64,000 bases of DNA from Gekko japonicus (Eukaryota): the NCBI RefSeq assembly GCF_001447785.1, contig NW_015165236.1, positions 1,367,998 through 1,431,997 on the forward strand, written 5' to 3'. This document shows positions 36,579 through 49,068 of this stretch, piece by piece. A model generated the notes under the pieces. The model did no database searches and was not told the DNA's origin. It saw only the letters and a program-made list of their open reading frames with translations. The position numbers were made by a program, and so were the translations under genes. Position 1 is the stretch's first letter. Each line of letters begins with the position of its first letter.

Positions 36579-36984
36579 GTAACTCCCTATTTATACCCAC
36601 TGGGTGAGGAGGGGCCGTGCTGGCGTCGGGGGCAGAGGTGCCTTCTGCGTTAGAAAGACCAGGTCCCACTGTATTTATTGGTTTACCCTGACCTGGCCAC
36701 TGTAATCCATGCAACGATTGCCTCCGGGCTAGACTACTGTAGCTCACTCTAGGTAGGGCTACCCTTGAGGCTGACTCGGAAATCACTACTGGTCCAGAAT
36801 GCAGTGGCCCGGGTCCTCACGGGGACCCCTTCGACGGCATATATCCAAACGGTGCTTCGCCAGCTGCACTGGCTCCAGGTTGAGTATTGTCATAGATCTC
36901 AGCTCTTCCTGGCCAGCTTCTGTGCGCTCCCTCATGCTTGACCTTGCAGTCTCCAGCTGCAGTTTACACACACATATGCAATAA

Positions 36985-37935
36985 AGAATAATATTTGTAC
37001 CCCGCTTTTGTACACAAAGTGTCACACAACATTCTTCCCTTCTCTGTTTATCTTCGCACACACAAATTGAATAAGTAATAAATAATAATATTTGTACCCC
37101 GCTTTTGTACACAAAGTGTCACACAACATTCTTCCCTTCTCTGTTTATCTTCGCACACACAAATTGAATAAGTAATAAATAATAATATTTGTACCCCGCT
37201 TTTGTACACAAAGTGTCACACAACATTCTTCCCTTCTCTGTTTATCTTCGCACACACAAATTGAATAAGTAATAAATAATAATATTTGTACCCCGCTTTT
37301 GTACACAAAGTGGCATACAACATTCTCCCCTTCTCCATTTTACCTTCACACACACAAATTTAATCAATAATAATGATGATATTTGTACCCCGCTTTTGTA
37401 CACACAGTGTCACACAACATTCTTCCCTTCTCTGTTTATCTTCGCACAAAAAATTTAATAAGTAATAATAATATTTGTACCCTGCTTTTGTACACAAAGT
37501 GGCACACAACATTCTTCCCTTCTCCGTTTATCTTCGCACACACAAATTTAATAATTAATAAATAATAATATTTGTACCCCACTTTTGTACACAAAGTGGC
37601 ATACAACATTCTCCCCTTCTCCATTTTACCTTCACACACACAAATTTAATCAATAATAATGATGATATTTGTACCCCGCTTTTGTACACAGTGTCACACA
37701 ACATTCTTCCCTTCTCTGTTTATCTTCGCACAAAAAATTTAATAAGTAATAATAATATTTGTACCCTGCTTTTGAACACAAAGTGGCACACAACATTCTT
37801 CCCTTCTCTGTTTATCTTCGCACACACATATTTAATAAGTAATAATAATAATATTTGTACCCTGCTTTTGTACACAAAGTGGCAAACAACATTCTCCCCT
37901 TCTCCATTTTACCTTCACACCAACCCTGCGAGGTA
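36985..37935. repeat. Minisatellite, ~10 x 97-98 bp, in INTS15 intron 3
   Basis: Unit AATAATATTTGTACCCCGCTTTTGTACACAAAGTG..ACAACATTCT.. Confidence 0.9.
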
Positions 37936-38310
37936 GGTAAGCCGATAGCATGAGTTAGGACCTTGACCATCGGTGCGCCGCCCCACAATGAAGCACAGCG
38001 TGTGGGATGATCAGCTGGCAGAGAGGGGAGGTGGGACCGGAGGAGAGACGGAGAAGGGGGAGTCAATCCTGGAAGGGGTGGGTCCGAACCTGCCGGGGGC
38101 AGAAGAGGAGCCCACTCCTGCTGAGTGAGCTTGACTTGCCGCCTGCCTGCTCCTCTCTCTGCGGGCAGAAGCCAGAGGCGGTGGGGCCCAGGCTGTCTCC
38201 ACAAGGGCCTTGGCAGAGAAGGGGGGGGGAGTGGCTCTCCAGGGGGCTTGGCGTCCGTGGGCTGGCTTCAGAGGCGTGTCTCCCTCCCTCCCTCCCTCCC
38301 TCCCTTCCAG

Positions 38311-38817
38311 ACGACCTCATCCCCCCGCCAGACTTGCTGGAGATGGTCGTTTCCTGGATCTTCGAAGACCCGCGCCTGACCTTGATCACCTTCCTGAACA
38401 CGCCCATCGCCACCAGCCTGCCGATCGGATTCTTGGAGCTCACCCCGCTCAGCGGCCTGATCCGCTGGTGTGTGAAGGCCCCCCTGGCGTACCGGCGGAG
38501 GAAGCCGGCCCTGGCGAACGGCCACCTCGAGGGGAAGCCGGCCAAGGGCTCGGCCCCGGTCCCGGCCCGCGACTGCCAGCCCCTCTACTCCAAGCTGCAC
38601 CTCAGCGTCCTCCAGGTCCTCATGCTCCTGCAGGGCCACCTGACCGAGAAGAACCTCTACGGCCGCCTGGGGCTGGTGCCCTTCGACCACATGGTGGCCC
38701 TCGTGGAGGAGGTCGGCCGCCTCTCGGACGAACTCGGCCCGCTCAGCGCCTCCCAGGAGGTGGAGCTGGCCCTCGACCGGCTGGCCCAAGCCCTGCAGGT
38801 GGCCGTGGCGGCCGGGG
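38311..38817 (+). CDS. INTS15: INTS15 exon 4 (DDLIPPPDLLEM...ALQVAVAAG); 3' end unresolved
   Basis: Strong acceptor. Homology is clear up to QVAVAAG, then the expected ALLCTR + donor are absent. Confidence 0.85.
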
Positions 38818-40838
38818 GACACAGCCTGCTGCAGCACTCTCCAGGGACAGCGTCAAGGGCGAAGAGAATGAGCAGGCACCCCTGCAAGAAAGTGACGCTG
38901 TTGGCACTTGTAGGAAGCTGTAATCCGATGAGGAAAGGCTCAAGGAGCTGGGTCTGTTTAGCATGGAGAGGAGACGACTGAGAGGATCGCCCTCTCCAAG
39001 TCCTCGAAGGGCTGTCCGAGAGAGGATGGGGCGGAGTTGTTTTCTGTTGCCCCAGAAGGTCGGACCAGAACCACCAGGCTGAAATTGAATCAGAAGGGTT
39101 TTCGGCTAAACATTAGGAGGAACTTCCCAAAGGAGCGGTTCCTCGGTGGCACAGGCTTCCTGGGGAGGGGGTGGGCTCTCCTCCTCCTCTGGAGGTTTCC
39201 AAACAGAGGCTCGATGGCCGTCTGACAGCAGTGTGGATTCTGTGAACTTGGGCAGATCACGAGAAGGGAGGGCAGGAAGGGTGGCCTCAGGACATAGTTC
39301 TCGTGGCCCTTTCTTGCACGCCCAGGGAAATGCTGATCAGCACTTTGGGGTCAGGCAGCAATTTTCATCCAGGCCCGTTCGGCTGGAGGTTTTTTGTCAA
39401 CTTCTGGGTGTGGAACCAGGAGTCATTGGGAGTGCGGGGTGTGTGTGCATTTGTGGATGTCCTGTATTGTGCAGCGGGTTGGACTAGAAGACCCCGGAGG
39501 TCTCATCCAACTCTAATGGAATTATAGAGTTGGAAGGGGCCATAGCAGGGGTCATTTCCTGTGGGAACGCACAGGAGCGGAGCTCCAGCAGTAAGGAGCC
39601 CCGGGGGCGGGCACATGCAACATGCCCTGCCCCCTCCCCCCGCACCCCCTCAGTTGGGCCATGAGGAGCAAGAAGCAGCCAGGTAAGTTGCAGAGCTGCG
39701 CCCCCCCCCAAACAATAGCTAGCAATCCAAAACAGTCCAGTGGAGCCTGAGCGGTGGGCGTTGCCTTCTGACACACTTCGGGTGATGTTGGGGGCGTGGC
39801 ATATGCAAATGAGTCGTGCTAATGAGCTCCCTGCCTTTCAGATGCTTCAGGAGAGCCATCCTCCCCCCCCCCGCCTCCTCTTCGCCAGACTGAACATGCC
39901 ACAAGTCCCCCAAGCCTTCCCTCGTAGGGCTTTTTGGTTGCCAGGCCCCCCAATCATCTTTGTCGCTCTCCTCTGCACCCGCTCCATTCTGTCCCCATCC
40001 TTTTTGGAGCAAGGCCTCCAGAACTGCACATGGTGTTTCAGGTGCGGCCTGACCCATGCAGTGGCCTGCATCCCTGCTGCTACGGCTCTAGTTGTCAGAG
40101 CGTGTGACCAGCTTGGAGAGATCAGGGAGGGTATGCGCTGACCTTCGCTCCGTCTTCGCCCTTTCTGCCGACTGAATTCCTCGTAACTGGCTCAGAAACA
40201 GCATCCCAGCACGCTCCCTTCTCCCCCAAGCACACGAGAGGGCCGTGTCTTTCTAGGCGTGCCTTCTGGCTCAGAGACGGTTCCCCAGCCGGCTTGTGGT
40301 GACCTCCCCGAGAGTGTGTCCCAGGCAGGGGTCATTTCGTAGAAAAAGAGGTGCAGGAGCTCATTTGCATAACTCATTTGCATATGCCACACCCCCTGAC
40401 ATCACCGGAAGTGTGTCAGAAGGCAACACCCATCGCTCAGGCTCCACTGGACTGTTTTGGGTTGCTAGCTATTGGGGGTAGGGGGGGGGGAACGTGCAGA
40501 TATGCCCATCACAGAGGAGGGAGAGCTTGTACCTGAATAAAACTTGGTCTTAAAGGTGCCACTGGACTGTTTTGGGGCAGGGGGGAGCTCTGCAACTTAC
40601 CTGGCTGCTTCTTGCTCTGACTGAGGGCTGCTGGGAGCAGGGGGTGGGGCTTGTTGCATGTGCCCACCCCCTGGGCTCTTTACTGCCGGAGCTCCACTCC
40701 TGTGCACTCCTGCAGGAAATGACCCCTGGACTCCCAGGAGGCCACATGGCACAGTCTTGGGTGAGAAAGCAGGTCTTTGTGGAGGCCTCTGTGTCAGCTC
40801 TTCGCCCAAGCCTCACTTTTGTTTCTGCTCTCTTTCAG

Positions 40839-40878
40839 AGGACCTCAGGACGGTCTGCTCCAGACTCCCGCACAACAA
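40839..40878 (+). CDS. INTS15: INTS15 exon 5 (EDLRTVCSRLPHNN)
   Basis: AG/GTAAG, 40 nt, phase 1/2. Confidence 0.9.
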
Positions 40879-41819
40879 GTAAGGAAGCCGCCTCCGTCTG
40901 TGGGAAGCGGAACACTGCAAATCGGGGGTCGCCCGAGACTGCGGGAAACTTTGGAGTGCTGGCACAGGGCAGGGAGTGCAGCGACAAAACAGCTGCCCCA
41001 GCTTGCTTCTCATCCCGCAGGGAAGATCCTTGTGCCGCGCTGGCAGCCAATCAAATCTCCCGTGTCCAGTCAGGAGACTTGCTTTGCAAAAGCTCCACCA
41101 GGCCTCACCCAATTCTAAAAACCTTTGGCAGGCACCAGGAAAGGGGGCGGCGGGGGCCCTGGGCACTGTGTTGGAGACCCCTGTTTTAAATGGTGCCACG
41201 TGCTCTCTCTCAGAGTGCAGGGGCACAAGACCTCTCTGCCCCAAGGGAAAGGGAGGAGGCGCGGGACAGAACACGACCTGTTTCCGTTTGAGCAGCGATG
41301 CCGTGGTGCCAAGCGTGCTTTAGTGCCAGGTGGGAAGGAGGCCATCCTCTGGGCATTCTCCAGTTTGGTGTCAAAGGTTAGGAGCGCGGACTCTAATCTG
41401 GGAGAACCGGGTTTGATTCCCCCACTCTTCCACATGCAGCTGCTGGTGTGACCTTGGGTCAGTCACACGTTCTCTCAAGGGCACTTCCTGTCAAGAGCTC
41501 TCTCAGCCCCACCGACCTCCCAGGGGGTGTCTGTTGTTGGGAGGGGGAGGGAAAGGAGTTTGTAAGCCGCTCTGAGACACCTTCGGGTAGTGAAGGGCCA
41601 TGGGGTATAAATCCAATCTCCTCTTCTTCTTCCTCTCCATTGGCTGCCGCTTTGTAATGGGTTTCATCTTGCTGGGTGCTTTCAGCTTAGCCTTCTGTGT
41701 CTTGATTTGGCCCTTGGTTGCCCACCCGGTGACTGGCCACCCACGCACCAGCAGGAAGTGTTGCCTCAGGCGCTCTGTGTGCCTCCAAACTCCTTCCCTC
41801 TTCTCTCTTTTCCTTACAG

Positions 41820-42041
41820 CCTGCTCCAGCTGGTGGTCTCGGGCCCAGTCCAGCAGCCGTCCCACGCCACTCTGCCGCCAGGGTTCTACCCGCCCATCCA
41901 CACGCCCCCGCTGGGCTATCCGGCCCTCCCGGCGCACCCCGCCCTCCCGGCACACCCTGCCCTCCCGGCACACCCGGCTCTGCCTGCCCACCCCGTGCAG
42001 ACGTTCATCCCGGGCAATTTCCCTACCGGCCCATCCGCTGA
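41820..42041 (+). CDS. INTS15: INTS15 exon 6 (LLQLVVSGPVQQ...PALPAH x4...FPYRPIR*), apparent frameshift near 42016-42018
   Basis: Acceptor ttacag. The conserved-looking terminus FPYRPIR-TGA (42018-42041) is in a different frame; the literal frame runs to 42255. Confidence 0.85.
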   Translation, partial: PAPAGGLGPSPAAVPRHSAARVLPAHPHAPAGLSGPPGAPRPPGTPCPPGTPGSACPPRADVHPGQFPYRPIR

Positions 42042-43982
42042 AAGAACTTCTCCTGCACTCTGTGAGCGGCCACGCCGTTTTCCTTCCATCAGGAGCCCGT
42101 GCAGGGAAACCAGCATCCTTGTTGCTCCACGTTTACCGCTACTGCGTGATGTCTGGAGAGAGGTCTTCTCTGCCAAGAGAGTGAACCAGGGGCGCCGGAT
42201 AGTAAAATGGGACAGTCTTTTTTTAAAAAATAAACCCAATTGTATATATATATAGAAGAAGCCCTGTCAATGAAGGTGGATTTTTCTTACATCTAAGTAG
42301 GATGGCCGCATTGTGCAGTTGTGCCTTGTTTTGGTGGATCTAACCCCCAATTCCTCGTTAGTAAAAATTCTGGATGAGAGCTTCCGGTTCACGTCTGGGC
42401 CTTTCTCTGTGAGTGCGTATGCATAAAAATTGTCCTCCTTTGGTGCACATTTTTTGCTTTGGAAGTAGCAATTCGGCATTTGCAGTTGAAGTGCGGGGGG
42501 GGGGGGGGAGGAAAGAAATTATGACTTTTCCGCCGTTTTATTTTCAGATACTGTTTGGCAAATTCATTTTTATTAGCGAACATCCCGCCCCCGGGAGATC
42601 ATTCTTGTAGTGGACAAATTAGGGTTACTTTTCAAAGGTTGTAACTGGTAGACTTTTGTGTGGCACTGCAGCTGGTACATGTCGAAGTAAACGAAAGTGC
42701 CACGTATGGCAGCAAGAGAGAACACGGCTAATCTTGAATGCACTGACGTGCCAAAGTGTGGAGCTGATGTGAAGGGGATATGCAAGACTGACATCTTGGG
42801 ACCAACGCTCCCTCTGAGCTGTGGAGAGTCTTGTGAGCAAAAATTCTTCTTTGTGAGCGACTGGCAAAGTTGTGAGCAAGCGATTTGGCCGCTGCATAAA
42901 TTTAGTTTGCTCTGGAGCCCCATCCTTCCTGAGCTGAGCAAAAATGTGCGAGCTGGAAGCTAAAAAACTGTGAGCTAGCTCACACTAACTCAGCTTAGAG
43001 GGAACACCGTTTGGGACACGATCCACTCTGCCAGTCTCCTGCTTTTGCCTGGGGGGGGGTAGAGATGTGAAGACCCAGAAAAAAACCGGGAAAGTGGGGG
43101 AGGGGACTTCTCCCCCCGTTTTTTCCTGAAGCCTTTTTTTGGTTTTTTTCCGAAAAATTGGAAAAATTGAAAAAAGAAAAAAAAAGATTATGGATCATTT
43201 TATTTTAACAAGATGAATAAAATATTTTAAGACAAGGTGTTCAAATATTTTCCAAATCATTTCTAAAAAATATGTATGGTATCAGATTGATCTAATTGCA
43301 AGTCCTAGGTTACAAACAGAACTCTCCAATGCAAGAACAAGATGCATTTCTTCCTTTAGGAGGTGCTATCGTCACAAGAAAAGAAAAATGTTTCAGGGGG
43401 GGGTTTTGCATGTGGGTGGGTATTCTGTTTGTAATAACTGTTTGGATACACTATATTTTTAATGTGCTAAATTGTGATAATTTCATGCCAAGTAAAAATG
43501 TCCATAGTCATACTTTATGTTCCTAAAGTAACAGAATGACTTTCAATCTGGAAAAAAAAAAAAGAAGTGCTAATGTAGCATTTTTTTCAATTTTTCTGAA
43601 AATTTCCATTTTTTTCCTGGGAAAAAACTGGGATTTTTTCAGTGATTCAAAATTTCCGGAAAGTTTACATCAAAAAAATTCGCGGAGAGTTTTCTTGTGG
43701 GGGGGGGGGGGGAGCCCAAAGCCACGCCTGACAGCGGGTCCTAATATTTAAAAGACAAAACCTGTCTTCTAGAGTGACTCCCTTCACACAAGCTGAAGAA
43801 TGCGCTTTCAGTGCAGTTTGCTACCTGATCTGAATGTGTGAAACAGCAAATTCCGCTTGCAAATGAGAGTGCTAAAGGGGCACTGAAAGAGTAGAGTTGC
43901 CAGCCTCCAGGTGGGGCCTGGAGATCTCGCAGAATCACAACTGATTTCCAGGTGCGACAGATCAGTTCCCCTGGAAGAAATC

Positions 43983-44473
43983 CACAAACCAAAGTGTAAC
44001 AATGAATATAATAAAATGAAATATAACATGAAACTCATGTTTAGTAGAAAAGCAAGGTGCTGTTTTTATGATGCACACTGTAAAACATTATACATAATGC
44101 ACTGCCAACTCCAAAAATGCTTGAATATCAAAAGTCAAAAGAAACAAGGAATTTCAAAAGGGGGATTCCCCCAATGACGAAGTCGGAAGCAGTTTCCCAA
44201 GGTTGAGGCTGATATAACAAAACAAAACGGGAAAAAAATTAAGTGGGGTGTTGCACACATGAGCTATGGGTTTCGTTTGTACGGTTTCTTCAGTTTCAGG
44301 TTCTTCTTTTGACAGAGCATCAGGCGATATGCGGCCAGGAAGCTGGCAAACACGGGAAGCATTTTGGGAACAGTGTGCATCATAAAAACGGCACCTTGCT
44401 TTTCTACTAAACACGAGTTTCATGTTATATTTCATTTTATTATATTCATTGTTACAGTTTTTTTTGGTTTGTG
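43983..44473. repeat. Element with ~105-bp long inverted arms
   Basis: 43983-44080 is the reverse complement of ~44370-44473. Confidence 0.75.
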
Positions 44474-46099
44474 GGGCAGGTGATGCTCTGTATTCTTGGT
44501 GCTTGGGGGGGGGCAACAGTGGGAGGGCTTCGGGTGTCCTGGCCCCACTGCTGGACCTCCTGATGGCCCCTGGTACTTTTGGCCACCATGTGACAGAGTG
44601 TTGGACTGGATGGGCCATTGGTCTGATCCAACGTTGGCTTTTCTTATGTGCTTATCTTTACTCTGTACTGCATTGTTTATGTATCCCTGGAGGAAATGGC
44701 TGCTTTGGAGCACACACTGTGTAGTGTCACACCCCTGCTAAGCTCTGTCCCTCCCCCCCTCCCACCTCCAGGAATTTCCCAACCTGGAGCTGACAGTCCT
44801 AGCGTTGGTGCGTCATTCAGTGTGTGTGGAAGCAGGTCTAAGCCTGGATGTCAGCAAAGGGAAGGCTACTGCGGTGTGTGTGTGAAACTGCCGGGCCTCC
44901 CTAGTAGCTGTGTGGATCCATGTGGTGGACTGTGAGGGCCAAGCGTGCTTTCTTCCCGGTCACATAGGGTTGCTAGCTCCAGACTGGGAAGGTCCTGGAG
45001 ATTGGTGTGTGTGTGTGTGTTTTGTTCCCTCTAAGCTGAGTCAGTGTGAGCTCGCTCACGGTATTTTCGCCTCCGGCTCGCACGCTTTCGTCTCGGCTCA
45101 GGAAGGATGGCTCGAGAGCCAGCTAATTGAGGCAGTATAGCCCAGTCGCTCGCTCACCCCTTGAATGCCAGTAGCTCACAAAGTAGAATTTTTGCTCACA
45201 GGACTCCGTAGCTTAGAGGGAGCCTTGGCTGGGATACGATGCTGTAGATTCCACCCTCCAAAGAAGCCGCTTTTCTCCAGAGGAGACAGATCAAGGAGCA
45301 GTGGATAAGAGCAAGATTCCCGGGAGCAGCTGAAAGACTCACAAAATTTGTGGCAGGGGAGGAGCTTTCGCAAGTCACGGTTCCCTTCTTCAGATATATG
45401 AAGAGTCTGTCGATCAAGATGTAGATATAAATCAAGTGTAAGTCAAGATGGGTGGCCGTGTTAAGTCTGTCTGTAGCAGGAGAAAAGAGCCGGAGTCCAG
45501 GAGCACCTGAAAGAGGACCAAATTTGCACCAGGGGGATGGTGTTCCCTCTAAGCTGAGTGAGTGTGAGCTAGCTCACAGGTTTTTTAGCCCCCGGCTTGC
45601 GCGATTTCATCTTGGCCCAGGAAGGATGTGGCTCCAGAGCAAACTTAATTTATGCAGGAGCGAAATCGCTTGCTCACAGCTTGAATGCCAGCAGCTCACA
45701 AAGTAAGAATTTTTGCTCACAACAAGACCCCGCAGCTTAGAGGGAGCATGGCCAGGGGAGGAGCTTTGGTGAGTCACGGCCCGCAGTGTCCCCTCTAAGC
45801 TGAGCTAGTGTGAGCCAGCTCACAGTTTTTTAGCCTTCAGCTCACACTTTTTTTGTCTCAGCTCAGGAAGGAGGGCTCCAGAAGAGCAGACTAAGTCATG
45901 CAGTATAGCCCAATCGCTCACTCGCAACTTTAACGCCAGTAGCTCACAAAGTCGAATTTTTGCTCACAGGACTCCAGAGCTTAGAGGGAGCTTTGGTCAC
46001 GGCTCCCCTCCCCTCTAAGAAGCGTGCACACGCACGCACCCTGGACGCTTCCACCAGGAACTAAATCTTGCTGCTCTTTAAAGCTGCCCCTGGACTCGC

Positions 46100-46600
46100 A
46101 ACGGTGTCCCGGAGCTACGTTGTAATTCCGGGAGTCCTCCCGGTCCCGCCTTGGGGTTGGCAACCCCTTGAACCCCGGCTGCGGCGCAACCGCGAGGACT
46201 CTGCCCGGAGAGGGGAGGGGAAAGAAGCCGAGCATGCGCAGAGAGCGGCGGTGTCCTTCCCCGTCCCTCTTCCAAGATGGTGGCGACGGCGCCGCGTCTG
46301 CCAGGAGCCACGTGAGGGACTTCAGCCAATGGGGCGGCGTCTTGTTGCGGGGTGGGCCCGTCTCTGCCGGCCTTCGCCGCCGCCGCTGAGAGGAGTCGTC
46401 GCCGGGCCTCGTCGCGCAGCGGCCACCGAACCGCCCAGGCCCCGTTCCCGGACGCCGCTGCCTCGAGCTGGGGCAGCCGCCGCCCCCCTCAGGTGAGGGG
46501 AGGAGAGGGGCGGAAAGAAAGAACCCCCGGGGAGGGGGGCTTCGCGCATGCGCCACGGGACCCGGATGATAGGCGGCGGGCCTACCTCGCGGGGCTGTCG
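46100..46600 (+). promoter_or_regulatory. CpG island promoter and non-coding first exon of NAA60 (donor CAG|GTGAGG at 46492/46493)
   Basis: CpG-rich; YY1-like CAAGATGGTGGCG near 46273, CCAAT near 46326, NRF1-like GCGCATGCGC near 46544; strong donor upstream of the NAA60 ATG exon. Confidence 0.7.
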
Positions 46601-47472
46601 TGCAAAGGGGGCTTTATTTATTCATTCATTCTTTATTGCCCTTCGGTATTGCTCTTCCATTTGCTTCCTTGGTGTTTTCTGCAAGCTGTCTGTTGCACGC
46701 CGCCCTGAGCCCGGCTTGACAGGGGGAGGGCGGCTGAGAGGTTTAAATAGGTAGGTAGAAAGTTTGGGGTGTTGGTTTGTTTTCTTAAAAAACAAACCAA
46801 AAAAACTTTTCAGATTTTTATTAGAAGATTCCAAGCAATCGCAATGAATAGGCAGCCAACACAGTACCAAAAATAAAGAAGCAACCATACATTGAAGAGC
46901 TGTCACAAGCATAAACAGTAGCAGTCACTTGGTTGCTTTGTAGAGACCAAAACCAGAAGTTATCCAAACTGTCGGTAAGAAAGTTTAATTGCATGTGGCC
47001 TCTTCGGCCTTTACCATCCTGACATAATTAAGACATGCGTAGGATGCAGAGATAGGAATACTTAACATTTAACAAACACACACACACACACACAAACACA
47101 CCCTCTGGGGTCCTCTCGCAGCCTTCCTGCCGAGCGGGGCCATCCCAAAAGGATTGTGCGACTGGATTCCACGGCGGTGGTGGTTGCTGTTAGCCATTCA
47201 GGTGTCCAGCTGAATTTCATACGAAGTCCCAGCTTGTTCCACCTGCACCTGACCCTTTTGTTGCTGGCCTTTGAGAATCTTGTCCTAAGAGGAATCAGAA
47301 TTCGGGAGTCCCAAGTTTAATCCTAGGGGGTGGGATATGTCCCGGAGGGGATACAGGGCACTTAGCGAGTTGGCTAACGATCCCAACATTGTCATCAGCA
47401 GTGCAGGCAAAGTTGAAACGGTGGTGATTCGGGACAGAAAAGGTTATCATGGAGAGGCTATGTGACAGCTTA

Positions 47473-48140
47473 GGGGCTGCGGTGGCTGAGTGGTTAAGAC
47501 GCTGAGCTGCAGACCGGAAGGTCTGTAATTCGGCAGTTCAAGTCCCGAGTGCCACGCGATGGAGTGAGCTCCTGTCTCTGGCCCCGGCTCCTGCCAACCT
47601 AGCAGTTCGAAAGCAAGAAATTGCAAGTAGATACATAGGTACTATGGAGCTGTGGTGGCTCAAGTGGTTAAGACGCTGAACTGCAGGCTGTGGAAGGTCG
47701 GTAGTTCAGCAGTTCGAGACCCGAGTGTGCCGCATGACGGAGTGAGCTCCCAGCTCCTGCCAACCTAGCAGTTCGAAAGCAAGAAATTGCAAGTAGATAA
47801 ATAGGTACCACTTCGGTGGGAAGGTAACAGTGTTCGCGCGCCTTGGTGTTTAGTCATGCCGGCCACATGACCACGGAAACGTCTTCGGACAGCGCTGGCT
47901 CTTCGGCTTTGAAACGGAGATGAGCACCGCAACCCTAGAGTCGGATTTGACTGGCTTTCGAGCAAGGGCACCTTTACCTTTACATAGGTACTGCTTCGGT
48001 GGGAAGGTCACAGCATTCCGTGCGCCTCAGCGCTTAGTCATGCTGGCCAGCGCTGGCTCTTCGGCTTGGAAACAGAGATGAGCACCGCAGCCCTACAGTC
48101 GGATTCAGCTGGCTTTCGAGCAAGAGAAGCCTTTGCCTTT
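47473..48140 (+). mobile_element. Cluster of Sauria SINE (Squam1) copies
   Basis: tRNA-like head GGCTGCGGTGGCT..GGTTAAGAC, CTGCCAACCTAGCAGTTCGAAAGCA core, (ACCTTT)n tail. Further copies at 30401-30620, 56155-56450 and 61909-62245. Confidence 0.85.
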
Positions 48141-48489
48141 ATGTGACAGCTTAGCGTCAGAACCGACTATATCCCAGTTTCTAATGATCCGACCATGAGG
48201 ATTTCCAGGCTTCCTCGAGGAGGAGGAGCCACCGTGCTTGTGTGTCAAGTGCCCTCAGGTCACAGGAGCCTTCTGGCGGCCCCAGCAAGGGGTCTTCAAG
48301 ACCAGAGAGGGGAGCAGAGGGGGTTGGCCCTGGCCGGCCTCTGCGGAGCCTCCCTTGGTGGTCTGAGGACCAGCCCTGCTTCACTTCCGAGGTTGGGCCA
48401 GCCGGAGCCGTCTAGATCAGGGCGACCCAGGAGGGTGGTGGAGAGTGCCCTCGAATAACAACAGCCGGTTTACAGGGACCCTGTAGGGT

Positions 48490-49068
48490 TTTTCAAGGTA
48501 AAGATGCTCAGAGGTGCTTTGCCGTCGCCTGCCTCTGCATAGCCACCTTCGTCTCCCTGGATGGTCTCCCATCCCAAGTACTGACCAGAGCCGACCCTGC
48601 TTAGCGTACGAGACGATGAGATCGGGCTGGCCTGGGCCGTCCAGGTCAGGGGAGAGACAAACGGAGGTGGTTTGTCATCGGCTGCCTCTGCGTAGCAACC
48701 CTGGACTTCCTCGGTGGCCTCTCATCCAAGGACTAATGGCGACCAACCCTGCTCGGTTTCCGAGATCAGATGAGGCTGAGCCAGCCTGGGAAATCCAGGT
48801 CAGGGGAAGCAAACAGAGGTGGTTCGCCCTTGACTGCCTCTGCGTAGCAACCAACCCTGCTCGGTTTCCGAGATCTGACATTGAGGCTGAGCCAGCCTGG
48901 ACTATCCAGGTCGGGGCAGGCAAAGAGGTGGTTTTGTCCTTGCCCCCCTCTGCGTAGCAACCTTGGACTTCCTTGCTGGTCTCCCATCCAAGTACCAGCC
49001 AGGGCCGACCCTCCTGATCTTCACGAGATCTGTTGAGATCAGGCTAATCTGGGCTCTCCAGGTCAGGG
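48490..49068 (-). mobile_element. Tandem 5S rRNA-derived SINE copies
   Basis: Reverse complement of the 5S internal promoter (AAGCTAAGCAGGG..GTACTTGGATGGGAGAC). Single copies near 20845-20935(+), 55790-55860(+) and 17760-17850(-). Confidence 0.7.

Noticed and set aside
36985-37935. CRISPR-like array
   Set aside because: Eukaryotic context, no unique spacers, no cas genes: a minisatellite.
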